Below are positions 1-15,369 of a stretch of DNA of 64,000 bases, in pieces. Position 1 is the stretch's first letter. Each line of letters opens with the position of its first letter. Source of the DNA: Eledone cirrhosa (Eukaryota); assembly GCA_964016885.1 (NCBI GenBank), contig OZ024759.1, positions 18,538,001 to 18,602,000 of the forward strand, read 5' to 3'. Under the pieces are notes generated by a model. It worked only from the letters and a program-made list of their open reading frames with translations, did not search any database and was not told where the DNA came from. Both the position numbers and the translations under genes were made by a program.

Positions 1-1177
1 CAACAGCAAACAACCATATTTTCTATATATCGATACTAAGAAAAATATCGAGACCTTGCTCCACCTTCTACCAAATACCACGCGCCATTCAGCTCTATAG
101 TTTCTGTGAATTATAAATCATTTTATGGTTATATGCTTTTCGTTATTTCCCCTTTTTCTTTCTTGATTTCTCTTCCTTTCTTTATATATTTCTTCATTTC
201 TTTCATGATTACAAACATCTTATCTTTCATGATGTATTGAGATGCTATACATTGGGGATAACATTTGCAGGAGAAGTTATCATGAAATTTTCAGAATAAT
301 CTTTCAAGTCTATCTGACATTTGTCGACAGGAAGTTTAAAGATAAGAATTGTATTTTTATTTTTTAACGATAACCATAAATTTACGTGTTTTTGTCAATC
401 GATTAAAAAAAACTATATTTGGAAGTCTGGGACATAAAATAATTTTTATAGAGAGCATGACTTGTTTTAGAACTATACTCTAAAAATTTGTGACAAAAAG
501 TCGTTTATAGATAGCGCAGAGGGAAAGAAAAAAATAGTTGAATATTTCTAAATTATACTCTTCTCGCCAATATACGTTTTATATTCTTTTTCTCAATTCA
601 TTGTTACTTTTTATGTATCAAATTCAACGTTCTCTACACAATACTAAAAACAACACCCAATGTTTTGGAAATATATAAAAAGCAAAACGCAAATATATAA
701 CACTGCCCTGTGATTTTAGTTCCACAAATGTTTATTTTTATTAATGCAACCAGTACCAGATTAAACCAATTTAAACTAATGCAAGCTTTCCAATGTTTAT
801 CTAAAACGGGCACCGATTAAATTACATATCGTGTAAATAAATTCATGCTAGGAAATGCAATCCAGCAAATATTATGATAAAGATAATATATATGTATATA
901 AAAAAAAACAGTTTAGTCTATTTTCTATATACGTTAAAAGCAGATTGAAATTATAGGCCATATCTATCTATCTATACCTCTCTCTGTCTCTCTCTCTCTC
1001 GATATATATATATATATATTATATTATATTGGAAAATACTTCTTATGAAAACAAAATATTTCGTGTTTAAATGGATTCGTATAGAACACACACGGAATGG
1101 AAGGAAAAAAATTCCATCACTGGTTATTAATATTTGAAATATCTCTTAAACCTATTTAGCACAGAAAAATAGGTTGA

Positions 1178-1236
<59 letters not shown>

Positions 1237-1256
1237 TATATATTTACACACATATA

Positions 1257-1350
1257 CAGGGTGTATAAAACAAATCATCCGGTCTCAAAATGCCATATTT
1301 TAAAAACAAATATAGCCTTTTAAAATTGGGTGATTTGTTTTATACACCTG
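1257..1350. mobile_element. Tc1/mariner-type MITE (~94 bp)
   Basis: Terminal inverted repeats CAGGGTGTATAAAACAAATCA / TGATTTGTTTTATACACCTG in TA-repeat context; CAGGG termini at TA are typical of Tc1/mariner. Confidence 0.65.
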
Positions 1351-1366
1351 ATATATATATATATAT

Positions 1367-1690
1367 ATATTTAATATAGAAATGGCTTCTACAGGACTAG
1401 AACTGTTTCATTTGAAGGAAATCATCAGGAAAGCCCTGATGATTCCCTTCAAATGAAAACGCTCTAGTCCTGTAGAAGCCATTTCTATATTAAATATTTA
1501 TACTCTGCTATGTATTGAGTACCTTTACGGTGGTTACCCCCGATTGAACCCAGGTTACACACACGTCCTTGTATTATTATTATATTACACTTTGGTTAGC
1601 TCTACACCTCGCCAATGATGTGAAGCTAAACAGCGAGTGCTCACCTGGGTGAACCTACAGTAACTTCACGCTACACTCCCTGGATATATA
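1367..1690. mobile_element. Fold-back hammerhead-bearing repeat, family F1 (putative PLE pseudo-LTR remnant)
   Basis: Palindrome 1367-1497 (~63-bp arms, loop AAAGC). Each arm reads CTGATGA..GAAA..CTGTA-GAAGC. The tail after 1497 matches copies at 45096-45160 (-) and 58975-59020 (+). Confidence 0.65.
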
Positions 1691-1707
1691 TACAGTACAT
1701 ATTTTAA

Positions 1708-1981
1708 TGTATGGGAGCTTTCCAAAAGTCAGCTCAAAAGTGACACAGGAGACTGAGGTTAGCTGGACATGCTCACCGACATCCAGAGTTGACTCTGCAC
1801 TCAGTGCTCCTGTGGGAGCCCCCACATGGACACACTAGAAGAGGAAGACCAAGGTTAACGTATGTTGATGCCCTAAGGACAGACACTGGTCTGTTGGAGA
1901 CGCAGGACATGGCAGCGATAATGAGGGACAGAGACCGCTGGAGAGAACTCGTCCATTGATCTCGGGAATTTTACCCGCCCT

Positions 1982-1983
<2 letters not shown>
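1708..1983 (+). mobile_element. RTE-clade LINE 3' fragment, family RTE-A (frameshifted)
   Basis: Near-identical to 32327-32626 and 62525-62887; encodes RLAGH..LLWEP.HG..RRGRP..TY.D..DR..WR; ends at the stop codon followed by (TA)n. Confidence 0.85.
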
Positions 1984-2022
<39 letters not shown>

Positions 2023-2357
2023 TATATATATATATAAAAATACATTATATGTATATATAATTAGTCAAGGCTGACGGACATGTATGTTTCTGGTAATTGT
2101 GTGCATGTCATATCAATTAACACATGTTACCTTTATCAGTTACAGATCTTTAATTAAATGTCAACTAATATAATTACGTGGGAATGTAAAAGCTCAAATG
2201 AAACACCCAAGAGAGTTGAAATAATAAAAAAATATGAGCAAGAAATAATAGAGCTTACAAAATGAGAATTATTTATTAATGGCTTCTAATTTTGGCGCAA
2301 AGCCACAAGTTTCAAAGAGAAATGAAAGTCCTTTATATGACCACCACTACTTTAATG

Positions 2358-2585
2358 AAGGCGCATGGCTTAGTGGTTAGAGCATTGGTTTTGCAATCGA
2401 AAGGTTGTTTCCTTGAGCAAGACACTTTATTTCACGTTGCTCCAGTTTACTCAGCTGTAGAAATGAGATGATAGGACTGGGGTCCCTATCATTAAATCAG
2501 CCAAGACACCTCCAACGAGATATACCTAGGAGGAGGTCAGCTAAACCTGCATAGGTGTGAGCTGTAACAACAAGCTGTAACAAGA
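2358..2585 (+). mobile_element. tRNA-derived CORE-type SINE nested in an older SINE
   Basis: Head GGCGCATGGCTTAGTGGTTAG (A box), core CCTTGAGCAAGACACTT; 12-bp TSD ACTACTTTAATG at 2346-2357 and 2586-2597 splits a minus-strand SINE (about 2280-2720). Confidence 0.75.
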
Positions 2586-2759
2586 ACTACTTTAATGGCA
2601 CTTTATTTTATCGCTCTCGGAAGGATTAAAGGCAACATTGATTTTGGTGGAATTTGAACTCAGAACTTATAAAGTATAACAAATTCCCCAAATATTTGCC
2701 TGACAATCTACCGACATTGCAAATCCTCTATCCAAAGTCTAAAGTCTTTCTCAAGCCAA

Positions 2760-3005
2760 AAGGCTCATTTGACCGGTGCTTATCCCGGTATCTTGGGATG
2801 AAGCGATTGAGAGGACAAGACTCTCTGGACAGGACAGTCCATTGCAGGGTTAAACCTCCAGCTATTGCTGGTACTCATTTTCAGCTGAGTATACTGGAGC
2901 AGCGTGAAATGAAATGTTTTGCTCAAGAACACAACATGCAGCCCAGGAATCGAACCCACGACATTATGATCGTAAGTCCAACACCCTTTCCACTAGACCA
3001 CCTTC
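2760..3005 (-). mobile_element. CORE-type tRNA SINE
   Basis: Minus strand shows B box GGTTCGATTCC and core TCTTGAGCAAAACATTTCATTTCACGCTGCTCCAGT; same family as 2358-2585 and 5835-6165. Confidence 0.65.
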
Positions 3006-3034
3006 CTCCAGCTATCCTTAGCAGAGATGAAATA

Positions 3035-3235
3035 ATACTTTCGAATTTCAGCACAAGTCCAGCAATTTGGAGGAAAGGGTTAGTCGATTATATCGACTCC
3101 AGTACTTGACTGGTACTATATATTGTTGCTCTCGGTAGGACGAAAGGCGATGTTGCCCTCGGTAGGGTTTGAACTCAGAAGGTAGAGTCGGGACTAACAC
3201 CGACGCACTACGACGCTGCCACCCACGCGCCGCCC
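3035..3235 (-). mobile_element. tRNA SINE (GCCTTTCATCC..GTCGATAAAATAAAGTACCAG-core family), diverged
   Basis: Reverse-complement match to the abundant SINE in this window (TTCTGAGTTCAAA, AGTACCAGT, GTCGAT). Confidence 0.65.
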
Positions 3236-3251
3236 TTTTATAGACATAAAA

Positions 3252-3466
3252 CCAGGATCGGCCAAAAAGTTCATAGGCTGACTATAAAGGGGTGATGCTA
3301 GAGTTGTGAAATCTTGGATGCATTAATTTCAACTCTTCTTACTAATAACTGCATCCTTTCTTTTCGGGGACTATATTGAAAAATAAACCTCATTTGGTCA
3401 TTCCATGAGAGTATCTTGGTCAGTCTATGAACTTTTGAACCTATGACTTTTCAGCCGACCCTCTTA
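3252..3466. mobile_element. Mariner-type MITE
   Basis: Imperfect TIRs ..GATCGGCCAAAAAGTTCATAG / CTATGACTTTTCAGCCGACCCTCTTA, resembling TACGAGGG-type mariner ends. Confidence 0.55.
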
Positions 3467-3668
3467 TATAATATATGGGCATAGAATACAGAATAACAGG
3501 TACTTTGCTATAGGATCGCTTTGTTATGGTACTTTGTTACCCGGCTTAAATTAGTATATATAGTTCGAAACTCGCAATAAGTACATTTTGGTATTTTCTC
3601 ACCTCAAATGTCCTAATATCATTTGTGTGTTTTTTTAAATATCTAGTTTGAAACCCGCAACAAGTACC

Positions 3669-4214
3669 TTAACCCTTTTTAGTATTTAAACTGGCTGTAT
3701 CCGGCCAGAATTCTCCCATCTCTTTCTGTTCAAACCAGCCTAATCCGACCTCTCACACTGATGCTAAGTTATTGTACTCAAAATAAATAATTGTTTCTAC
3801 TTTTGGCACAAGGCCAGCAATTACCCAGTACATTACTGGTACTTCATCTTATCGACTCGGTAAGGATAAAAGGCAAAGTTAACCTCGACGGGATTTGAAC
3901 TCCGTAAAGGGGCGTAACTCTATGCTACAAAGCATGGCGTCCGACCCTTTACCGATACTGCAAACAAGAACAATTTGTTAAGCCTTCATTACGTTTATTG
4001 ATTGGTGACGCGCGTTTCGCTATTGATCAGCTCAAGGTTCGATCTGTAAAGGGCCATAACTATGCTGTAAAGCATAGTGTCTGACGCTCTACCGAATAAA
4101 TAATATAAAAAAATCATAGATTCAATATTATGTCAGATAATTATGTGAGATAAAGCCCTTACTTCGAAAATACAATAGTATATATAGAGTAATGCAAATG
4201 CTAAATGCTGTTAA
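3669..4214. mobile_element. piggyBac-type MITE (TTAA ends) interrupted by SINE insertions at about 3787-4095
   Basis: TTAACCCTTTTTAGTATTTA ... AATGCTAAATGCTGTTAA; internal sequence matches the copy at 59355-59570. Confidence 0.6.
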
Positions 4215-5020
4215 TGATATTCCAATATTCAGTTGTCTTTTTAATATATAGTTGGAAATCCGTAATAACCATCTCTTGTGATTCCCACCCCCATCAAAAT
4301 GCTATTCACGATGTTGTAATACCATTTATATTTCTTTAAATATTAGTATTAGCAGTTGTCTCACAAATAATTATATTTACGATATTATAATTGTTATTGT
4401 TATTAGTGTTTTCTTTAGTTCTCTCTTGCATGCGTCTATCACATGAACAAGATATATGTCTGTGTTTGAAAATAGCAATCGCTTCATTTGAACTGATAAA
4501 CATTCACTCGAAAATAGTGTGTAAATGTTTGTCAGCTGACGGCAATGTAACACTAGTTATTTGAAATTATACTTGAACCTACAATATGGATATTATTCTT
4601 AATAATATGGCTATTATTTACAGCTTTTGTTGTTTGAAATGTCATCCAATAACAGACTTTACTCACTTGCCCATTTTGTATAAGCAAACACCAAATGAAG
4701 CATAATGAATAACAACGTGTCTAGAGTGTTGTACTTCACATTATATTTTCCGTGTGTTCACTCATGTGAATATCAAATACTTCATCACAGTTGCTCAGAG
4801 AATATTATCTTCTAAGTTCTACTAATGATTTTTAAATCGCACTACGTCCTTTGTGAATATATGCGTGCGTAACTGTATTTAGGCCGTATCAAAAACTTGT
4901 TAACTCTTTCGTTAACTTACATAACTTGCACAGGTGGCGGTGTTCACACAGGATGAGTTGAGCCCGCGTCAAACGGTTCATCCAGAGAGGTCGAGCATGC
5001 CCAGCGATCAGAGACATCCA

Positions 5021-5409
5021 ACGCAGATAATTGTTTCTACTTTAGGCACAAGGCCAGCAATTACCCAGTGCATTACTGGTACTTTATTTTATCGACCCCG
5101 TAAGGATGAAAGGCAAAGTCAACCTCGGCGGGATTTGAACTCAGATCGTAAAGGGACGTAACTATGCTGGAAAGCATGGCGTCCGACCCTCCACCGATAC
5201 TGCCAATCCACGCAGATAATTGTTTCTACTTTAGGCACAAGGCCAGCAATTATCCCAGTGCATTACTGGTACTTTATTTTATCGACCCCGTAAGGATGAA
5301 AGGCAAAGTCAACCTCGGCGGGATTTGAACTCAGATCGTAAAGGGACGTAACTATGCTGGAAAGCATGGCGTCCGACCCTTACCGATACTGCCAATCCAC
5401 GCAGATAAT
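5021..5409 (-). mobile_element. Head-to-tail dimer of tRNA SINE (2 x 189 bp)
   Basis: Two nearly identical SINE units separated and bounded by three copies of ACGCAGATAAT (5021, 5210, 5399). Confidence 0.85.
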
Positions 5410-5467
5410 GTCAGCCAGACACCAATTCCAACGGCGGACTCAAAGATACTACAAATGTTTTATATAT

Positions 5468-5798
5468 GGTGGCTGCCAACTCGTTTTCGAGTACGGCCAC
5501 TACTTTATATCCATGTAGGAGAACCCCTACCGATGCGCTGAACGAGTGTGACTTTTTAGTCCAGCCAGCGACTTGAAAACTCTGGTACAAACACTACACT
5601 TGTGACAATTATTGACACATAGTGCTGAGCCCATGGTACCATGTGATGACAAGTGCAGAGAGATCTCCAGATATAAAGCAATGCCTGTGCCGTGAAGCTT
5701 TTATAGTGAGCAAAGGCACTGCACAAAGCCAGTCCCACTCTCTTAACCAAGATGATATTTACCAAAAAGAAGAACAAGTCAACATCATTGGATACCAT
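5468..5798 (-). mobile_element. RTE-type LINE 3' end with C2H2 zinc-finger relic, family RTE-C
   Basis: Minus strand encodes [23 protein letters not shown] (C-x2-C-x12-H-x4-H), then stem-loop CTCGAAAACGAG-TTGGCAGCCA; near-identical to 35774-36102. Confidence 0.7.
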
Positions 5799-5834
5799 AT
5801 ATATGTATATATGTATATATATTTATGTGTATCA

Positions 5835-6165
5835 TCATTTCATTTTACGTCCGCTTTTTCCCTGCTTGCAAGGGTGGGACGGGAACTGATTCTGGCTTGA
5901 TTTCTACAGCTGGATGCCCTTCCTAACACCAATCTCATTTACAGTGAGTGCAGGGTGCTTTTTTGCCGTGGCATCTCCACGACCACTTTGCAGTGGAATG
6001 ATAGGGACCCCAGTCCCTATCATCTCATTTCTACAGCTGAGTAAACTGGAGCAATGTGAAATAAAGTGTCTTGCTCAAGGAAACAACACATCACCCAGTC
6101 TGAGAATTGAACTCACAACCTTTCGATTGCAAGGCCAATGCTCTAACCACTAAGCCATGTGCCTC
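5835..6165 (-). mobile_element. CORE-type tRNA SINE plus adjacent repeat tail
   Basis: Minus strand GGCACATGGCTTAGTGGTTAGAGC..GAGTTCAATTC..CCTTGAGCAAGACACTT. Confidence 0.7.
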
Positions 6166-6493
6166 CATAATGCGTGTATATATATGTATGCGTGTGTATA
6201 TATATATATGTGTGATGTGTGTGTGTATGAGTGTGTATATATGTATATATATATATATATATGTGTGTGTATGAGAGCATATATGTTTATGTATGCGAGT
6301 ATATATATATATCTACAAGTATATATATATACATATATTTATGTGTATGTATGCGTGTATAGAAATATATATGTGTGTGTGTATAACTGTGTATATATGT
6401 ATGAGGGTATATATGTGTGTGTATGCGTGTATATATATATATATAGAGAGAGAGTGAGAGTGAGAGAGAGAGTGAGAAAGAATGAGTGAGTGA

Positions 6494-6529
<36 letters not shown>

Positions 6530-6579
6530 TGTGTCTAAATGTTATACCTGCATTGATAATCGTCTTTTGAAAATATAAA

Positions 6580-7108
6580 TACACACACACATAGATACAT
6601 GTAGATACACATACACACACTCACATAGACAGATATATGTAGATACACACACACACACACACACACAGGCATCTGTACACGTATGTATCTACATACACAC
6701 ATACACACACAGACATCTGTACATGTATGTATGTAGATACACACACACAGATATCTGCACACGTATGTATATATACACATACACACATTCACTCACCTGT
6801 ACATGTATGTATATACATACACATACACACACACACACATACCTACACACACAGACATCTGTACACGTATGCATGTAAATACACATACACACATTCACAT
6901 ACACACATTCACATACATACACACACACACACAGACATATGCACACGTATGTATGTAGATACACATACACACAGTCACACACAGACATATGCACACGTAT
7001 GTATGTAGATACACATACACACATTCACACACAGACATATGCACACGTATGTATGTAGATACACATACACACATTCACATACACATCTGCACACGTATTT
7101 ATGTAGAT

Positions 7109-7147
<39 letters not shown>

Positions 7148-7274
7148 TATATACACGTATGTATGTAGATACACATACACACACACACACACAGACATAT
7201 GTACACGTATGTATGTAGATACACATACACACATTCACATACACACATTCACATCTGCACACGTATTTATGTAG

Positions 7275-7331
<57 letters not shown>

Positions 7332-7363
7332 CACGTATTTATGTAGATACACATACACACATT

Positions 7364-7409
<46 letters not shown>

Positions 7410-7480
7410 CACGTATTTATGTAGATACACATACACACATTCACATACACACATTCACATCTGCACACGTATTTATGTAG

Positions 7481-7511
<31 letters not shown>

Positions 7512-7572
7512 TGTACACGTATTTATGTAGATACACATACACACATTCACATCTGCACACGTATTTATGTAG

Positions 7573-7610
<38 letters not shown>

Positions 7611-7630
7611 ACACACGTACACGTATTTAT
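6580..7630. repeat. Minisatellite built on ACACGTAT(G/T)TATGTAGATACAC plus variable (CA)n
   Basis: The unit recurs many times with variable CA spacers. Confidence 0.9.
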
Positions 7631-7959
7631 GTTAATGTTTTAGGTTTCAGTTCTTAGACTGCGGCTAAAACAGGACATTTGCTTCAAGGATATTTTAATT
7701 AACTCCCTTAGCACATACATATACATACATATATATATACACATATACATATATACATACATACATACACATAGATACCTATATACGTACGTACACATTT
7801 CATTACATACATACACGCATATATATATATATATGCATACATACACGCATATATGTACATACATACACACGCATATATATATATATATACATACATACAC
7901 GCATATATGTACATACATACACACGCATATATATACATACATAGACACGCATATATGTA

Positions 7960-9520
<1,561 letters not shown>

Positions 9521-9670
9521 TATATACATATATATATACATACACACATTTCATTATATATATACACACATCCAAAAATACATACATAGATATATACATA
9601 TATACATACAGAGACCCACACACAGATACATACATACGTACGTACGTACACATTTCATTACATACATACA

Positions 9671-9710
<40 letters not shown>

Positions 9711-10569
9711 CATACATAGACATATTTCATTACATACATACACACTTACATACACACACATATGTATATATATATATATACATATACATACACACATATG
9801 TATATATATATATATACATATACATACATAGACATATTTCATTACATACATACACACATACATACACATACACATATAATCATACATATAACCATACATA
9901 CGATCATACAATCAGACAATTACCTCCAATAATGGCTTTCACCGAAATATATAAAGCAGTGAATATGAATAAACGAAGTTAATTTAAACCTGTTCACTTC
10001 CACTTCCGAACAAGGAAGATGAGAAAAAAATTACTCCAACACTTAATCTTAAATCTTTAATTTTTAGTTTTTAATTCTTATTAATTCTTTTTAATTGTAA
10101 TACTCAACATTTGATAAGATGTATTTTAATGATTGTTTCTACTTTTGGCACAAGGCCAGCAATAACCCATTGTATTACTGGTACTTAAACCGGTAATACT
10201 TTATATACTTTATATACATTATAAAACTCTTTTCTAAAAGAATTGTCCTTCTCATTTTTTAAATAATGTCACTTTGACGAATCAAAGAAAGGAAAAAAAA
10301 AAAGAAAAACAGACCCTAAAATATATTTTCCGTGCTATTTCCAATGAGATTAAAAACCTTTTTTGTATTGCAAGCCATGTCAATCTTCTTTCCTGATTTA
10401 TTATTACTCCAAGTGTTTACAACATAGGAATTACAGCATACTCGCAACATCACAATGAATACGCCTTGTTGAGTCAAACCAAGCCTAGCGTTGATATCAT
10501 CCACTACCCGGAATACCATAACTGGACTACACCTAAGGGGACTGGATATAACTATTATTTGTTACCCCG

Positions 10570-10602
<33 letters not shown>

Positions 10603-11145
10603 ATATATATATATATGATCGTCTGTTTATCATATTAATTTTGATGACGGTGGAAATCAAGCCTCTCCATGTCATATTAAACCACCTGTGCCTCTTCCAG
10701 AAGATATAATGATATTTTAAATTCTTGAGTTTGAGACTTCAGCACAGTTTGAGACTTCTCTACAGCCACAACTCTGACTCTTATTCACGTGCACAATGTC
10801 ATTAAGTGGGAAACATCTTCAGTCACTTGACAGATATCAAACTAACAGTTTCTGTCACTTCGTATAGTGTGCTTCAAGGCTTAGCACTATTCTCAGCAAT
10901 CTATTCAATCATTTTCTTTCTATGGAAATCTATTTAATAAATCTTATGTCAAGTGCGTAACAACCGCAACATGGGAAACTTGTTTAGTCCTACAGTAAGT
11001 GACCTATCGCCTTAACCTCTAGCATCCATTTTATCACCTTGAGTCTCTTTCCAAAGAAATTATCTATGCTTAGCAACTGCATGTGTTTATTATAAATATA
11101 CGAGGAAAGATTTCGTTCACTCAGTCATAACACCCAATTTGTGTT

Positions 11146-11218
<73 letters not shown>

Positions 11219-11228
11219 ATGTGTGTGC

Positions 11229-11276
<48 letters not shown>

Positions 11277-11363
11277 ACATATATATATATATCGTTCAAG
11301 AATAGACAAAAAAAACGCAGAGATGCAAAAATAGTCATAGTTTCATATATATGTATGTATGGG

Positions 11364-11394
<31 letters not shown>

Positions 11395-11654
11395 GTCTGT
11401 AACCGATCTAATTTTACACACACACATTCATATATACATACATTATATCTCCTTTCAGTCATGTTGCTAAAATTTTACACACACACATTCATATATACAT
11501 ACAACGTATTTCTCATTTCAGTCATGTTGCTAAAATAAAAGTAGTTCACTTTCCATCTACAATGTCCTATATTCGAACCCTACATTCGTCTCTGTAAATA
11601 GTTATATATAATTATAACATAGTTAAACATAAATATACACATATAGCGTGTTAT

Positions 11655-11850
11655 TACGGTCGTTTGGCAGAGTCGTTAGAGCATCGGACAAAATGCTTGG
11701 GGTTATTTGCACCGGCACTTTATATTCTGAGTTCAAATCCCATTGAGGTCAACTTTCGAGGCAGATAAAAGAAGTACCAGTCCAGTACTAATATTCATTT
11801 CTCATTCTCTCTCCTGAAAGAAATCGGTTCACAAGGAGTTACGTGTCCCT
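11655..11850 (+). mobile_element. tRNA SINE (diverged)
   Basis: TTGGCAGAGTCGTTAGAGC, TTCTGAGTTCAAATCC, GAGGTCAACTTT, AGTACCAGT. Confidence 0.6.
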
Positions 11851-12579
11851 CCACACACACACACACACACACATACTTACATACATATAAAGACTAACAC
11901 TGACTAAATTTAAACCATGTAAAGACTATATACTTATCATAACCTCAGCAGAGGTTCCCTGGGTGTTTTAATGATAGGGGTCCCAGTCATATCATGAAAA
12001 GCAATCTAAAATAAAGAGACTTGCTCAAAGACATAATGGTATGGGAATCAAACTTACGACCTTGCAATTTCAAACCGGATACTTTCGCCAGTAAGCCACG
12101 AAACTTCACAACAATATTTATCTCTCATTTTCAACACATCAAACCAAATCAAAATCTTTGCCAAATATATTAAGAAAATAACAAACAAAACAAACAAAAA
12201 CATAGTGGACAGAAAAAAATACTTAACAAAGAAAACAATAGAAGTAAAAATAAATCAACAAACACAAAAAAAACAAACAAAAACTGACTAAAAATATCGA
12301 AATATCAATAGTAAGAAAACATAATATTAAAAAGAGACAAGCGCCATCTTGTTTTTGAAGATTGGCCACAGATTTCCGTTGTAATCGATCCAGTGAAGTT
12401 TAAACTACAGATCTTAATATATATTAACTATTTTCTTTATGACATCAACTCCTGTCGTGTTTGCTCAGCATCACACCTATAAGATATACAAAATTCTATT
12501 GAATATCAATAAATAAGTTCTGTTTTTGACTTCGTAGTCAATACCACGTCTACGACGATGAATACATTTACTACTACTC

Positions 12580-12611
<32 letters not shown>

Positions 12612-12742
12612 TGTATGTATGTATGTATGTATGTATGTATGGATGTATGTATGTATGTGTGTGTGTATGTATGTATGTATGTATGAATTTATGTATGTAT
12701 GAGAATAGCACGTCCCATTATTCTTATATTTGTGTATGTATG

Positions 12743-12833
<91 letters not shown>

Positions 12834-12884
12834 TATGTATGTATGTAGCAAGTCTATTTCTTCTATTTATGTATTTATGTATAT

Positions 12885-13390
12885 TTGTGTATGCATGTAT
12901 ATTAGTGTATGTATGTATATATATTTGTGTATGTATGTATATTAGTGTATGCATGTATATTAGTGTATGTATGTATATTTGTGTATGCATGTATATGTGT
13001 ATGCATGTATATTAGTGTATGCATGTATATTAGTGTATGCATGTATATTAGTGTATGTATGTATATTTGTGTATGCATGTATATTTGTGTATGCATGTAT
13101 ATTAGTGTATGCATGTATATTTATGTATGCATGGATATTAGTGTATGTATGTATATTAGTGTATGCATGTATATTTATGTATGCATGTATATTAGTGTAT
13201 GCATGTATATTAGTGTATGCATGTATATTAGTGTATGCATGTATATTTGTGTATGCATGTATATTTGTGTATGTATGTATATTTGTGTATGTATGTATAT
13301 TAGTGTATGCATGTATATTAGTGTATGCATGTATATTTGTGTATGTATGTATATTTGTGTATGTATGTATGTATATTTGTGTATGTATGT
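12885..13390. repeat. 18-bp minisatellite GTGTATG(C/T)ATGTATAT(TA/TT)
   Basis: Tandem units visible directly. Confidence 0.9.
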
Positions 13391-13697
13391 ATTATATGTG
13401 AATAGCCGATCTTATTCTAATACTTGTGTATGCATATATGTGTGTATATTTATGCATTGTTTGTATCTCTGTATGTATCTATATATTCGTATGTACGTGT
13501 GTACGTCCGTATCGGTGTATATGTATGTACTAGTAATCTACTAGGGTCGGTTTAATTTTCCTTTCCCGTAAAATTGCTGGCCTTGTGCTTAAATTAAAAC
13601 CCATTATCTGTCTCCCTCTCAAAAGCGGTGGGTTGGCAGTCAACTAACCTATTCTTCTGTGTATTACACATATTCGTGTAATACACTTGATGGTAAA

Positions 13698-13762
<65 letters not shown>

Positions 13763-14671
13763 GCACACAGTGAATATTTCTTTGCTACCTCCATTATTTG
13801 ACCTCAGCCTCTGAGTTCCGGCCGACATGAAGGAGAATACATTGCCCAGATGGACGCCGAGAGAGACGTGCTAGAACAGCCACGCCATGCCGTGGCGCTC
13901 GTACCTGCATCCGCGGGCAGTCAACTCTGCTCCGATAGCAGTGAGTAGGGATTTATTCAGGAGGCCAAGAACGCCGGAAGTCTCTACTGCTACAGGCTCT
14001 ACCACAAACCTATCATATATACCACACATCCCCAAAACAAACAAGTGAAGAAGTGGAAAACACTACGCGTTATACACGGAAGAATATAGTACTAAATTGG
14101 ATGTAATCAACTTACCCTTGCACACATCAATTGCTTATCTACCTAAATAGGAAAAAAAAATATTTCTGTCGTTATCTCTGTTTTTATAAGGCGGCGAATT
14201 GGCAGAGTCGTTAGAATGTCGGATAGAATGCTTTTAGGCTCCTTGCTCTCTTGGTTCAAAACCAGTCAATGTCAGTTTTGCCTTTCATGCTTGTTTTTAT
14301 TTCAATCTACTTCGCTTATTCCAAACGCCCTGCGGTTTCCACCTACCTCCTTCTTATTCTAACTAGCAGAAAAACCACCCTTCGAGATATGATACATCAA
14401 ATAAAATCGTACTTGACAATATGCACAGAAATTGAACGAAGTCTGCATTACACTCCCTTATGTAATCAGTAAAGTAATCGATGATACATTTAAAAAAAGA
14501 CGATATTATATATAAACTGCATTAGGAGAAAAATATGAATATTTATATAAGCGATCGCTATGCGGAAGTGTTCACATTTGAAAATTTTAAAGTAGTGATT
14601 CATTAAATAAACAATAAAATATATTTAATCAAGAGCTACGAAATTTAGTACACAAATTATGTAATATTCAT

Positions 14672-14950
14672 TCTGCCTTTCATCCTTACGGGGTCGATAA
14701 AATAAAGTACCAGTAATGTACTGGGTATTTGCTGGCCTTGTGCCAAAAGTAGAAACAATTATTTAGATTGGCAGTATCGGTAGAAGGTCGGACGCCATGC
14801 TTTGACGCATAGAGTTACGGCCCTTGCCATTCTGAGTTCAAATCCCGCCGAGGTTAACTTTGCCTTTCATCCTTACGGGGTCGATAACATAAAGTACCAG
14901 AAACACACTGGGTAATTGCTGGCCTTGTGCCAAAAGTAGAAACAATTATC
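14672..14950 (+). mobile_element. 5'-truncated SINE followed by a full SINE
   Basis: Two GCCTTTCATCCTTACGGGGTCGAT..GTACCAG..GGCCTTGTGCCAAAAGTAGAAACAATT units in tandem. Confidence 0.8.
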
Positions 14951-15130
14951 TTTCTTTAATGGAAATGCAACAAGGTTTTCCTAATTGTTATTATGTTCAT
15001 ATTTGTTTGTGTTTTCAAGTAACGTTAAAACATAGAAAAGAGAAAAGGAACGAAACGAAATTTTTTCAGGTTTGATTCTGCTGCTGTTCATTAAGTTGAA
15101 ATACATTTTATTTTGCTTTTAGAAGTTGAT

Positions 15131-15190
<60 letters not shown>

Positions 15191-15369
15191 GGCGGAGTGG
15201 ATAGAGGGAGAGAGGGCGGAGGTCTGAGAGAACGGAAATAAAATCGAATGCATGATGGGGAAATATGGAATATGGAAGGGGAAATTCTTAACAATAATGG
15301 AGGAAGATTAACGATGATGATAATGAAGAAATTAACAAGAATGATGCTGGTAATCACAACAATAACACC

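Noticed and set aside
200-720. Possible old non-autonomous DNA transposon
   Set aside because: Suggestive internal motifs only; no TIR or TSD could be defined.
2654-3109. 151-aa ORF
   Set aside because: Antisense read-through of adjacent SINE copies.
10316-10570. Possible coding exon
   Set aside because: No recognisable domain in any frame and no convincing splice-site pair.
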